Shown here: one piece after another, positions 12,115-24,241 of the stretch | How positions within the stretch are numbered: position 1 is the stretch's first letter | Layout of the letters: each line of letters starts with the position of its first letter | From: Cycas panzhihuaensis | Lineage: Eukaryota; Plantae; Cycadophyta | DNA length: 64,000 nt | Direction of reading: 5' to 3' | NCBI GenBank assembly: GCA_023213395.1 | Contig: CM041465.1 | Coordinates: 44,585,741-44,649,740 of the forward strand | Notes under the pieces: generated by a model | Told to the model about the DNA's origin: nothing | Seen by the model: the letters and a program-made list of their open reading frames with translations, nothing else | Databases searched by the model: none | Position numbers and translations under genes: made by a program

Positions 12115-13170
12115 AACATGGATGCAGGCGGTTGCAACTTGGATGCAAATGGTTACAACTTGGATGCAAGCAGTTGCAACCTAGATGTAAAGTTGCAACC
12201 TGGACGCAAGCAATTGCAACCTGGATGCAAAGTTGTAACCTAGAGGCATGAACCTGGACGCAAATTTGCAACCTAGAGGCATGTGGTTGTAACTCGGATG
12301 CAAAGTTGCAACTTGGATGCAAAAAGTTGCAACTTGGACGCAAAGTTGTAACTTGGAGGCATGTGGTTGCAACCTGGATGCAAAGTTGCAACCTAGATGC
12401 AAGTGGTTGCAACTTGGACATAAAGTTGGAACCTGGAGGCATGTGGTTGTAACTTGGATGCAAAGTTGCAACCTGGACACAAGCGGTTGCAACTTGGACA
12501 TAAAAAGTTGCAACTTCGAGGTAAGTAGTTGCAACCTAGATGTAAGCAATTGCAACCTAAATACAAAGTTGCAACCTAGATGTAAAATTGCAACCTGGAC
12601 GCAAGCGGTTACAACCTATATGCAAAGTTGCAACCTGGAGGCATGTGGTTGCAACTCGGACGCAAAGTTGCAACCTAGATGCAAGCAGTTGCAACTTGGA
12701 CGCAAAGTTGTAACTTGGATGCAAAAAGTTGCAACTCGGAAGTAAGTAGTTGCAACCTGGATGTAAGCAGTTGCAACTTGGACGCAAAGTTGTAACCTGG
12801 ATGCAAAGTTGCAACCTGGACGCAAACGGTTGCAACCTGGACGTAAAAAGTTGTAGTCTGGAGGCAAGTGATTGCAACCTGGATGCAAAGTTGCAATCGG
12901 GGCACAAGTGGTTGCAACTAGCATGCAAGAAGTTGCAACTAGCATGCAAAGAGTTGCAACCTGTAGGCTAGACGCAAGAATTGCAACCCATAAAGGAAGT
13001 CGTTGTAAACAGAGTGAAAGAAGTGACAATCTAGATTCAATTGGAACAGAAAATAATTGTAACCCGGATGCAAAATGGTTGCAATCGAGATAAATAGCCA
13101 CAATTTAGAACAAAATAATTGCAACTTGGATGAAAGCAATTATAACTGGCACAAAAACAGTTGCAGCTAG
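12115..13170. repeat. Minisatellite of 19-23-bp units around the palindrome GTTGCAAC (consensus ~GTTGCAACCTGGAYGCAAA)
   Basis: Roughly 45-50 units of GTTGCAAC/GTTGTAAC plus a short spacer, decaying after ~12960. Produces spurious ORFs on both strands. Confidence 0.95.
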
Positions 13171-13699
13171 AAAGCCAAATCAGTGACAAACTTGGAGTAA
13201 TCGGTCAAGATTTGAAAAAGTTACAAACCAAAGCTGGAATGAGTACAAGGAGATATGATCAGTCGCAATTTAGGTGAGATAACAATCAGGAAGGCAGAAC
13301 TATTGTGACTTGAACAATAAAAATGATGACGATTGTAAATTACTCCTTATTGTGAGGAATGGCAAATACAGGTGCAATTGGAAGAAGTAATGAGTATCTT
13401 GCGAAGGAAGACAGGAATCTTGCGAAGGAAGGTGGTGATATCAAATCAAGAAAAAGCAGAACGATATTTAATTAATGATGATGGCGACAGAGCGATAGAA
13501 ATTAGTGACAACCGATAGTCGCACGTACCAAAACAATGTAGAGTGTGAAGGTGGCGACAGGTGGCCGACATACATTGGAGGGATGGAAAGGAAGTACGTT
13601 GGAGTTGCAACCGAGTAATTGCAACCATGAATCAAAGTCATGATGGTTTTGCATGGCTTAGTGGAATATAAGTGGCAAAGTTGAAGACGAACCGAGGAA

Positions 13700-15444
13700 G
13701 TTTTTAAAAAATTGTGAATGAGTAAGATGAAGGACATTGGATAGATTCAAATTAATTTGCGAGAAGGAGATGATGAAGGAATTAGGCATACATGGTGAGA
13801 TATGTCTGAAGAATATGAAAATAAAATAATTTTGACAAAGGCGGGTTTTGCCCAATTTGTGCAAATAGGGTTATTTCCAACTGCAACAGATTTTATAACG
13901 GACATGATCAACTTGTGGCTCAACAACCTAATCTCTTAGATATATCAGCAAGAGGCATTGCAAAAATCTCAGGGTTACTAGATTCAGGTGAAGAGATACC
14001 CAGAGACAAAAGGATTCCTCGGGGGCAGGCAACAGAGCAGCTGGGTGCCCAAATTTCAGATGTCTCCACATCTAGTATTCGTATTGTGGGCATTGCGGAT
14101 AATTTGACACGCTGGGTGGCTCATTTCCTCTTCACGAGGGTGATATTCAGCCAAAAGAATTTGTTCGTACCTACAGAGATGAGATCAGCAATCCTGTGGG
14201 TAGCAAAGGGAAAAAAGTTTAATTGGGTAGCATTTCTTGCAGGAAGATTTCTAGATAAATTGATTAGTATCAAGGCCAAACCTCAGTTGGCTGTATTTAT
14301 CATCAGAGTTTGTTTTAGGGATTATTATATTCTCAATGTCCAGAGATAAAGTTATTGGAAGGAAAACCAGAGCAAGCAGCAATGACGGGATGGATCAACC
14401 ATTTTAGGCATAATGGAGAAATTTGGCAAGGGGAGCTTCAGGAAAAAGTTAAGAATTTTTTCTTGAAGAAGGCTCAAGCTAACAACCTTCAGACGACACA
14501 GATAGAGGAGAAAGAGAGGAAATGGCAGCAAGAAGAGGTGACCTCGCCAGCCAAGAAGAAAGAAGAAGAGTAACATAAAGCAAGAGAAGAAAAGAAGAAG
14601 AAGGAGGAAATAAAAAAAAGGAAAACAGAACGTAGGCAGTGTGTTGGTCAAGAAGGAAGCAGAAGAGCAACAACTAGGCCAGCAACCCGAAAAAACTCTT
14701 AACACTGATGGAGAAAGAAGAAGAGAAAGAAGAGTTGCCACAGAAAAAGCAAGGAAAGAAATTCTAGAAATTTTGAATAGTCAACCAACTGAGGTAGACT
14801 TTGATTTCAATAATGAAGAGCTGATGGAGGAAGGAATTGATCCGATGGAGTGTCAGCCACACAATGTGGCACACTGGAAGATTTCATTCTTGGCCAAAGT
14901 CATTACGCATCTGGTGACTGAGTTGGAAGTTCAGAATAAGAGGCCTCCACCGGATTTGCAAAGAATTCAGAAAGTAGAAGACTAGTTAGCTGCTTGTGAG
15001 GCAAAATTGGACTTCTTGATCAAGTTTATTATGCATTGGGTGGGAGATACTTCCTGTGTGGAGCATTTGGTACTAGTTTTTGGCGCCTTGTTTGATGAAC
15101 AGATCCCATTTGGATTAGAGAAGGTAATCTGTAAACTGGGAGCTTGGATAATGTAGACCTGGGAAGATGTTGAATATGCCAACCACTTCTGGGCTATGAT
15201 CAAGTCCTTGTGATAGGATCTGTTGTCAGTGGAAACAAGGAAATGCAAGTTGGAAGAGGAAATTGAACAGTTGCATTCAGGGGAGAAGCCGACAATGGCT
15301 CAATTACAGGCGCTACGCAATGTGGTTATCCTCTACGACCACTGTAAAAAGCAAGGTATAAATGCACCTTGTATTGTGTATAGACCTGATCTGCAGCGGA
15401 TTTGTGCAGAAATGGAAAAGATAAGAAGGGATAAAGAAAATTAA
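13700..15444 (+). pseudogene. Degenerate 3' accessory ORF of the Gypsy element (transposon-protein-like N-terminus, charged coiled-coil C-terminus)
   Basis: Collinear ORF pieces 13915-14349, 14355-14573, 14641-14985 and 15223-15444, lying between the array and the PPT. Confidence 0.6.
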
Positions 15445-15934
15445 TTTGTCATGTACTGTTTTAGTTTTGTTCTCTTTTTTTGAAATTTTGATGCTTACAA
15501 GTAAGAATACTTGTAAGTTTTGTGAAGGGAGAGATGTGTACGACTGTATTAGTTGCAACCCATTTTGTATATTGGAATGATTGCAACTAACTTAAGGCTG
15601 TAGGCAAGTATAAATATTACATTGTAGAGATAGCATCAGGGGTTCTTTTGATTTAATTGTAACGTCCTGTCTGTTGTCGCATGGAATGTAGTCGTCCACA
15701 TTCTGTGCCTGCTGTGTAAGTTTGACTCCTATGTGTAATGTTCCGGGTTGTCTCTGGTTGTGAGAGTACCAGAGCGACCTGTCATAATGTAATGATGATG
15801 GTTCTTGATTTTCATATCTTCATGTCTTTGTATTACAATGAATGGTTGCAACCCGTTGCAGTTTCTTGTGCTGTTTCTATATGTGACAAATGACGCGGCA
15901 CATAGTAGCCATTTGGCTTTATTGGAAAAGACCA

Positions 15935-17377
15935 CGAGCACTTGGTATGCTGGCTTAGGAAGGCCTTGTATGGCCTAAATCAGGCTCCTAGAGCTTGGTA
16001 TGAGAAATTGATTAGTACTTTCAGAAGAATAGATTTGAGAGATCTCTAGTTGACTCAAACCTATATATCAAGGCTGAAAATGACAAAATCATATTTGTGG
16101 TGTTATATGTTGATGACTTATTGATCATAGGTAATGATATCGATATAATATTACACTTGAAGGCAGATTTTAGTCATTACTTTGAGATGACTGATCTAGG
16201 AATTTTACATTACTTCGTTGGAGTGGAAGTATGGTAGAGGCTTGAACATGTCTTCATCTCATAGGCTAAGTATACTTGAGAAATTCTAAAGAAATTTAGA
16301 ATGGAAGATTGTAAACCTGCACCTACCCCCATGAAGATAGGTTTGAGATTAAGAACAGAAGATGGTGGAGCAGATGTTGATGCTATATTGTACAGGCAAT
16401 TGGTGGGAAGTCTGATATATCTGATCACTATCAAACTTGACATATCTTATGGAGTTGAAATATAGCCCAAATTCATGGCATCACCAAAGTAGAGACACTG
16501 GAAAGCAACAAAGAGAATTCTTAAATACTTGAAAGGAACAATATACTATGGACTTAGATTCAAGCACAATGGCAATTTCAAGTTGACAGGATTCAAAGAT
16601 TCTGATTGGGTCGAATGTGTAGATAGCAAAAGGTCAACTTTTTCATATTGTTTCAGTATGGGTTTGACTACAGTCACATGGAGCAACAAATAACAACAAA
16701 TGTTGATTTATCCTCTCAAAGCAGTACAAGGCTCTGATTCTGTTTGCATAAGCCATTTGGTTACGTCAGATTCTAGAGGACATGGGACTACAACAATCAT
16801 AACCAACCATCCTATATTGTGATAAGTAGAGTATGATAAAGATTGCCAAAAATTTTGTGTTCCACGCTTGCACCAAACACTTAAAGGTGCACCATCACTT
16901 CATTCAAGAATTGATTTAGAAAGGTATAATAGAGATGGTGTATTGGCCTACGGAAGAACAACTGGCTAACGTCTTCACCAAACTTTTGGTACGTGACAAA
17001 TTTTAGACTTTGAGGGATGGTTTAGGTGTTAGAAGAAATGGGATAAACATTAAGGGGGAGTGTTAGACTCAAATGTTTATTTTGAGGGGTCATGGACCCC
17101 TTCCCCCCTTAATTTTTGTATAATAATAGGTTAGGATTATTTTATACGAAAGTGATGACTCAGTGGGGGTTACAACTCTCACCTCACATATGTTAAATTA
17201 GATAGGAATATTATTCTTGTAATTATTAGGTAAAGTTGATATAGGTTAGTTGTAATAGTAGAAATACAAGAGTAAAGTAAGGATCATTGAATTAATGTAA
17301 TGTGTGACTATTATTGAATAGAGATTTATCAAAATTTTTAGAATTAATTTCTAAGGTTTTGATAGCTAATCCTTTCA
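15935..17377 (+). mobile_element. Ty1/Copia 3' fragment (RT, RNase H, PPT, 3' LTR from 17061)
   Basis: EHLVCWLRKALYGLNQAPRAWY, VLYVDDLL, YRQLVGSLIYL, TKHLKVHHHFI. PPT aagggggag followed by TGTTAG at 17061. Confidence 0.9.
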
Positions 17378-17379
17378 AT

Positions 17380-20293
17380 TAATGTCCTTATTGCATGCCT
17401 TATTGCAACTTCCTTGGCGCAATGTCGCTTTCCATGACCACTTGTGTGCCTCATCCTACACACACACATGCATCCTCATCATCATCATATATCACAAATT
17501 TTTGCATAACTCAAATTTTCATCTTTCTCCATTCTATAATATTTGTCTTACCCTTCTTTGTCCTCTCATCTTGCACACATTTCCATCATGTTGAAGTGCC
17601 TCTTGTCAATTTGACTTCAACAAACTTCACCTTCGCAACATCCCTCAAATTTGTCTTTATGAATTGACACTCCATCACCTCCAACCAACTGTGCATCTTA
17701 CTAGGGCTTCTATCAAATTCCATAATGTTATTTTGCATTATCGAATCCTTGCTCTTTTTTGCATGTTGCTCCATCAACAATCGCAACTTACTAGTAAGTC
17801 CCTATTCAACATACTCGTGGCTCTAGTTCTCTTTGCACTTGTCTCTCTCCAACTCTTCAAAAATACGTTCCAATCTTTCAATCTCCTTCAATGTTGATGA
17901 CAATTCCTATTTCTTGGCAATCCTACACATCGTTTTCATCTTGTCTCTTATACCAAATGTTAACGACTCTCACAACCCTTCTCAAATCTAACTTTGATAC
18001 AAGATGACTCCTCAACTCCTTTTTGTGATACCAAATGCTCCTTGTAATAACTTGCTTCTGATACCAAATTATATAGTGCTTACACACAGAAGTAGGTGAT
18101 TTACTCCCCATGATTAAATAAAATTAACATGCACCCAACACGAATCCATTGACCACTGGCATCAATATCTTTAAGAGACTAAACCTTAAACACAATAAAA
18201 TCACTCAATTACAATGGAGGGCATAAAACCCTACATATTACACTGGTGGACCCTTCATAAGGCTTAAAATTGCAATACATAGAAAGGTTACAATATAATT
18301 ATAACTATACACACAAAAACCCTCAATCACTCATTACCATTTGACTTTTCTCAGGCTACTTCTCAGTTTCTGTTCATCCTAATCAACACCTCTTATCTCT
18401 TGAACACTCAAAATTAGAATTCTATGTTGTATTGCCTCATTCAATGTTTGCACACTTAATTGCTAAGTTTCAGTTCATCACATTAGCTGCATCTTCCACT
18501 GAATACTCCAACTCTCTGCTTCCTCAATTGGATGCTTCAACAACTCCCTTAAACTCCTCTTTAATTTGCATGTGTATAGCCTCTATTGGTGGTTCTATAC
18601 ACTTTCTTCAACTCCTCTTCAATTTGCTTGTGTACTGCCTCTATCGGCGATTTTGTACACTTTCCTTCTATTTGGTGTACTGTTTCTTTTAGCACTTTTG
18701 TATACTTCCCTTCTATTTGTGTATTGCTTCTATCGACACTTCTGTACACTTCCTTCACCAACTCATCTTTGTTGACTTTCTCTCCTTCTCTACAACCCTC
18801 CCCCTCTTTACAACTCTCTCCTCATCACATTAGCTGCATCTTCCACTGAATACTCCAACTCTCTACTTCCTCAATTGGATGCTTCAACAACTCCCTTAAA
18901 CTCCTCTTTAATTTGCATGTGTACAGCCTCTATTGGTGGTTCTATACACTTTCTTCAACTCCTCTTCAATTTGCTTGTGTACTGCCTCTATCGGCGATTT
19001 TGTACACTTTCCTTCTATTTGGTGTACTGTTTCTTTTAGCACTTTTGTATACTTCCCTTCTATTTGTGTATTGCTTCTATCGACACTTCTGTACACTTCC
19101 TTCACCAACTCATCTTTGTTGACTTTCTCTCCTTCTCTACAACCCTCCCCCTCTTTACAACTCTCTCCTCCTTCTCCTAAGTTGATTTTTCTTATCTCTT
19201 CCTCTTTTAAAACTACACCTTTTCAACTTCCAAACCTCTTCACATTCTCTCTTTCATCACTTCATGGCTTCATCGACTCTGGCTCTACACCATATGTCAC
19301 TATCTTGCAACATCTCATTCTGCACCTTTGCACTTAATCATCTAATGAATCTTTGCTCGTAGTTCATTGCTTCGCACCCTGGCAATTTCTTCCTCGTTTG
19401 CAACTTCCTTGTTCTCATGAACTTCAACTTAGCAAACCACTACCATATGCCATGTTTTGACTTGCTTTGCTCCCTTCATCAACTCATGGTCTTTGTATAT
19501 TGCCACTTCATAGAGCTTCACTTTGCATGTTTCCTAATATCTTAGCTTCTTTGAATCTTACGAAGTCACAAAATCTCCCTTCGCAAGTCTTGAGAATTTT
19601 CAACACTTTGTGGAACTCACTTATTTCACCAACTTGCGAAGTGCGGGTCCTCTTTTGAGTGCTATGTGTCCATGCGTACTTTCAACTTGTTATTATGCTG
19701 CTTGTAGGCTTGTATTTTGTAGGATTGTCATCCACTCGACTCTTCGAGCTTTCACTTTTTATGTGAGGTGTGGGGTTGCAAACCTCTCCCTTACATTTTT
19801 GCACTTCATCGACTCGTAGAACTATTCATTTTGCAAACCTTCACTTGCACAGATTCACTTTGTAGATTTCTAATTTGCTCAACTCCCCAAACTTTGGGAA
19901 CTTGTAAAATCACAACCTTACAAACTTCACATTATTCATTGCCTGCAAACCTTCACTCTGCATCCTCACAAACTCCCTACTTCACCAGTTCTTGCTTTGC
20001 TACCCCTTCCTTTTTGCAACTTTGCATATTTGCGAACTTATCATTTCGCGAAGTTGTCACTTCATGAACTTCTTCCTTGCTAATGCTAACTATCAATGCC
20101 TTGTCCCAAACTCCACTGGTAGCAAAACACTAACTTGTGAATTCTCTACCCATAATGAAGCACTAACTTGTGAAGATCATTTAAAATTGGCACCTTTGTG
20201 ACTATCACACCGAAAAATCAATTTTCCACCCACAAATTGTAGTTAGATATGAGGATGCTCCTGCATCAAGGGAACAAAATGCTCACTACAACA
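17380..20293 (-). mobile_element. LTR retrotransposon 5' end: ~2.2-kb LTR (18069-20293), PBS and short internal remnant
   Basis: Reverse PBS gcttctgatacca (tRNA-iMet type) at 18054-18066. The right terminus ...cactacaaca reads TGTTGTAGTG on the minus strand. Confidence 0.6.
18475..19168. repeat. Near-exact 347-bp tandem duplication with ~45-bp internal subrepeats
   Basis: Units start at 18475 and 18822, with two substitutions seen. Duplicated ORFs in the track are offset by exactly 347. Confidence 0.95.
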
Positions 20294-21145
20294 TATCTTG
20301 AGGGAACCTTGTCTTGACCAAAGTAGATTTTCTCTAGTGCACCATAATGCATCTTTGGAATGTTAATAATGGTATGGTTATGTGTGGTTGTCCTTAATTG
20401 ACCATGGCATTCTTAAAGGGAGGGGAAAACATCTTATAGAATGCAACTAAATAGTTTGTATGTATGTTGCCTATTACATAATGCTCTTGAAAGATTCGTG
20501 CTAATAGAATGCATGTAGTTGCATATGCTTAAATGTCACTTGGATTAAATCTTTACCCTAATCACACAAACAAACATAATGCATAGCACTTGTCATAAGC
20601 CTTGTTATTACATTATCACAAAATGCACGTGGTAGATTCAAGTGCTCCGCTCTCACATCAAATGTAAGGTGAGAATACCCATTCTAAACACAACCAAGGG
20701 TTGAACACATGAAATGGTGTAGCCCTTGCTTATAAATATACACCCTTAGTTAACCTTAATGATGTTGTTACTTGACCTTTTGTAGCTAGCTTTACATAAC
20801 ACACAATCCAACATACATGAAACCTTATTGTTATTAATTCTTCCTTATTGTTTGCACCAACATACAACAATATGCCCCATCTATTACAACTACCCTACAT
20901 CGGGATGGCCTTTGTTGTTTATGGCTGATATACCATTGATTTCCCTGTTGGCATTCCACTATTTTCTCCTTTGATTGTCGTTGCCCCAATTGTTTGGCCT
21001 CCCATGCCAAATTTCCAAAACTCGGGCATGGAGGCGATGGTAACAACAATTAGAAAATAATTCTCTCATAAAATCCCTGTATGGGTTTATGTGTGATGCT
21101 AAGTAGCCATATAAATGGGAGAGGGAGCAAAAGCAAATACAGATA

Positions 21146-24100
21146 CAACATTTCCCAAAACCTAGGATATGGGAATATGGCGAATTAAGGTTTCCAATAA
21201 ATATATATACAAACTTATAAAAATATAGATGAAACTTACGAAACAAATTACAATCAATTTGAAGTAAAGATTCAATATTCACTACTCAACATTCATACAT
21301 TTCATAGTGTTCACCCATCACAATTAAAAGTTAAAACATCACCATTCACTGATTAAACTCTATGCTAATGCCAACACCATACAAATCATCATAATCCAAT
21401 GATGGATCATGAGAAGCGAAAGCAGAAGAAGGAGGATCATCATCATCATGGAGACTTTTTGGTGGTTGAATTGGTGGATCTAAGGACATTTTAGTAAAAG
21501 CCAAGTCTTGTGGATCCAACTGCCCCTCATTAGGATTCACATCCCACAAATAAAAAGGCCCTTTACTATACTCTTTCTTTGCCTAAGATAGAGGGCAAAG
21601 ATTTGTATGTACATACACACTAGGTCTTTGGCCTCCTCCTATCCCAACTTGTTTCTTTTCACTGAATGAATAAATCCATAGGTGCTCTAATTTCTTTTGA
21701 TTGTTGAAGAGCTTGCTACTTGTGAAAGCATATGTATGGTAGGGGATTGGAGTTCTTCAGCTTCCGATCCATGCAACTCCACCACTTAATAGGATCCATC
21801 ATCGCTCTACCTTGGAATGCCTGTGGATCTCCAAAGGAATCCTTCCCATTAGCAAATTGCCAAAATTGGCTTTGCAATGCAAGGGTTTGTTGCTCATTTG
21901 GCTATATTTTGTTGAATGTAGCCTTGTGTCCTATGGCAACATCTTTGTCTTTGTTAGGGGCCTTTCTTCTTCCATCACTTTTTATAATCAAAGCATCATC
22001 ATAGAATTTGTGAGGCAAAGCATATGCAAATGTGTATTAAATTTGTTCCACCTATCTACAATGATCATACGAATCTCCTGAAAGAAAGATTCGTAATTCT
22101 TCTCTTTCATAATGGCATCTTCTATCTTTTCCATCATGCTATCCATGCCCTCATACACTTCTTCCATGAAAGGACGATCTATGTTAGCTCTTTGAATCAT
22201 ATCCACCATGGGCTCACAAAATCGAAGAAGGCACTCCACCTTTTACCATTAGTTATAATTAGTGATGTATCCCCTAACCTATTGTGCTTTCTCACTATTA
22301 GAAATCCTCTACTTTATCCATGCCTTTGAAAACACCATGTTTCCCAAGGCCTCCTTAACTACACATAATCTCTTGATCATGATGAAGTGGGTTGCAAATC
22401 GTGTTTTTGCAACCTTCAAGATTGCTAAGTGAGAGTGTGTTTTGAAAATTGCATGTGCTTACTCATGATTGGTGATAAACATTTAAATTTCCTTCCTTGC
22501 ACATAGACTTCATGGATCTAAGGACTTGTCCAATTCGCTTTTAGTGCCATATTCAAGTTGCGAACCACACATGGAATCCAAAATATGTGGTCATATCTAG
22601 CTTCTACAATCATGTTATTTGCTTTACAAGTGTTTATATTGTTTGTGATGACTTGCACCATGTTCGATAGCCCCACAATTTCAATTGCATTTATGAGAAC
22701 ATTTGTAATAAAATGTGTTCTTCTCCTTGCCAATGCAATTAATTGCATTAAGGAAGTATGCACTCTTTGGAGAGCTAACGATGATACTCATAAGAGGTCC
22801 ATTTGTTGCATCTATCCACCTAGTTGATAAAAGGGAGATTCTTGTCATGCTCCAACTTGCATGGATTGGCTCCATGCAATTCTCCTCCAATTTACCTTTT
22901 CTTTGCAAGCAAGGTGGTTTGCAATCTCTTATAAGTAGGGCTCTTATTGCCCCTTAGCCCATCATTTATTGCCCTCACCATATCTTGCTAATATGGGGAG
23001 CGAATGAAAGAAAATGGGAGTCCACACACATAAATGCAACGTGCAACCTTGCTATGAACCTCCTCATTGCCATTCACATCAAATATTTTTCCAAGTGGAC
23101 CCAAATTTTGGCATTTGCAACCTTCCTCCACAATCATGGGCATGAATACATTAGATGCATTGCCACTAGAATCAAAATGCAACCACATACTTGTTGAACT
23201 TTTTGGATGCCTTAACTCTCTTAGCAGCTTCTTGCTCCTTAACAAATTTTGTTGCCTTCACTTGACAAATCACACTACACACTTGGATTCCAACATTGGT
23301 GTGGTCTATCAAATGGGCTTTCACCCTTGAATAGGACCCATTGAAAGTGTTCTTGCAATTGCTACATTTCCAAGTGTAACATTCCCCACTTCCTTTCACC
23401 ATAGGAGTGATCTTCACAACATATTTCCACAATGAGGTGTTATCATACTTGGCTCTACTTTTTTTACGATCACCAACTAAATTAGAAAAAAATGAAAACC
23501 AAATGCAAAATGAGGATGCCCACTTGTAAAATATTGCTACTCATTAGCTAAACAAGTTGCCCACATGCAAAAAATAGTGCTTATTTGAGAAAGCAAGATG
23601 CCCACTTATAAATAAAGGCTACCCACAAGCTCAAATCATTACCCACTTACAAATGAAGGCTGCCCATGACCTTTAGTCGTTGCCAACACACTCTAAATGA
23701 TGCCGACAAGCTCCTACAATTGTTAATGAGCTCCAATACCTACAAACTCCACAAGCTCTTGCATATTCAAAACATGTGTTTTGTGAGAGGGGGGCACTCT
23801 TTAAGTAGAAACAATAGTCCATTGCTTTGGATAGGCCATGGTTTGGGCAAAACTGTGTGCATTTCTTAGCCCATAGTTTTGCCCAGAACTAGTTGATGCT
23901 TTTGTGTCTTCTCCCCCACCCTTAAAATACATTGAAAATTGTGTTTTTTAAATGTAATCATGACTATTTATTTATTTATTTTTCGAGTTGCAAGTTAAAA
24001 TATTATTTTTTTGTTTTTAAACGCAAAAGGGGGGGGGGGATCGTGGGCCCTTAGATACGGCCCACAATTTGTATTTACACGGGATATGCCTTAGATATGC

Positions 24101-24210
24101 CATCGGATATAGGTCGTATCTTGGATATGATCAGGATAACCACGGTGTATCCTAGCCTTAATCAAGTATTCTTGTATCTAGGATGTATTTGATATAGGGA
24201 TGCTCCCCTA
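21146..24210 (-). mobile_element. hAT-superfamily DNA transposon, transposase pseudogene (21346-23432)
   Basis: BED finger (WKYV...WKCSNC...SYSRVKAHL), DUF659-like core (VQVITNN..C, HIFWIPCVV), RFATHF, IIVDRWNK..LH and C-terminal dimerisation region. GATAC/GATAT subterminal repeats at 24050-24200. Exact TIRs not resolved. Confidence 0.88.
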
Positions 24211-24241
24211 TTAAGCCATATTTAGCTATAAAGGTGTGATG

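Larger units (their letters stand above)
8470..15936 (+). mobile_element. Non-chromoviral Ty3/Gypsy retrotransposon (Athila/Tat-related, possibly Phygy/Selgy-like); 5' LTR not found
   Basis: Order is gag remnant, RT, RH, INT, palindromic array, 3' accessory ORF, PPT gaagggagaga (15524-15534), then a putative 3' LTR from TG at 15535 to ~15936. Confidence 0.85.

Noticed and set aside
12011-13139. Many overlapping 66-161 aa ORFs rich in LQL/VAT/CN
   Set aside because: These are translations of the GTTGCAAC minisatellite on both strands, not genes.
12115-13170. CRISPR-like array (palindromic repeats with spacers)
   Set aside because: Spacers are only ~11-15 bp and are themselves repeated, there are no cas genes, and the context is a plant retrotransposon.
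18432-19337. Duplicated short ORFs on both strands
   Set aside because: They arise from the 347-bp duplication of low-complexity LTR sequence.
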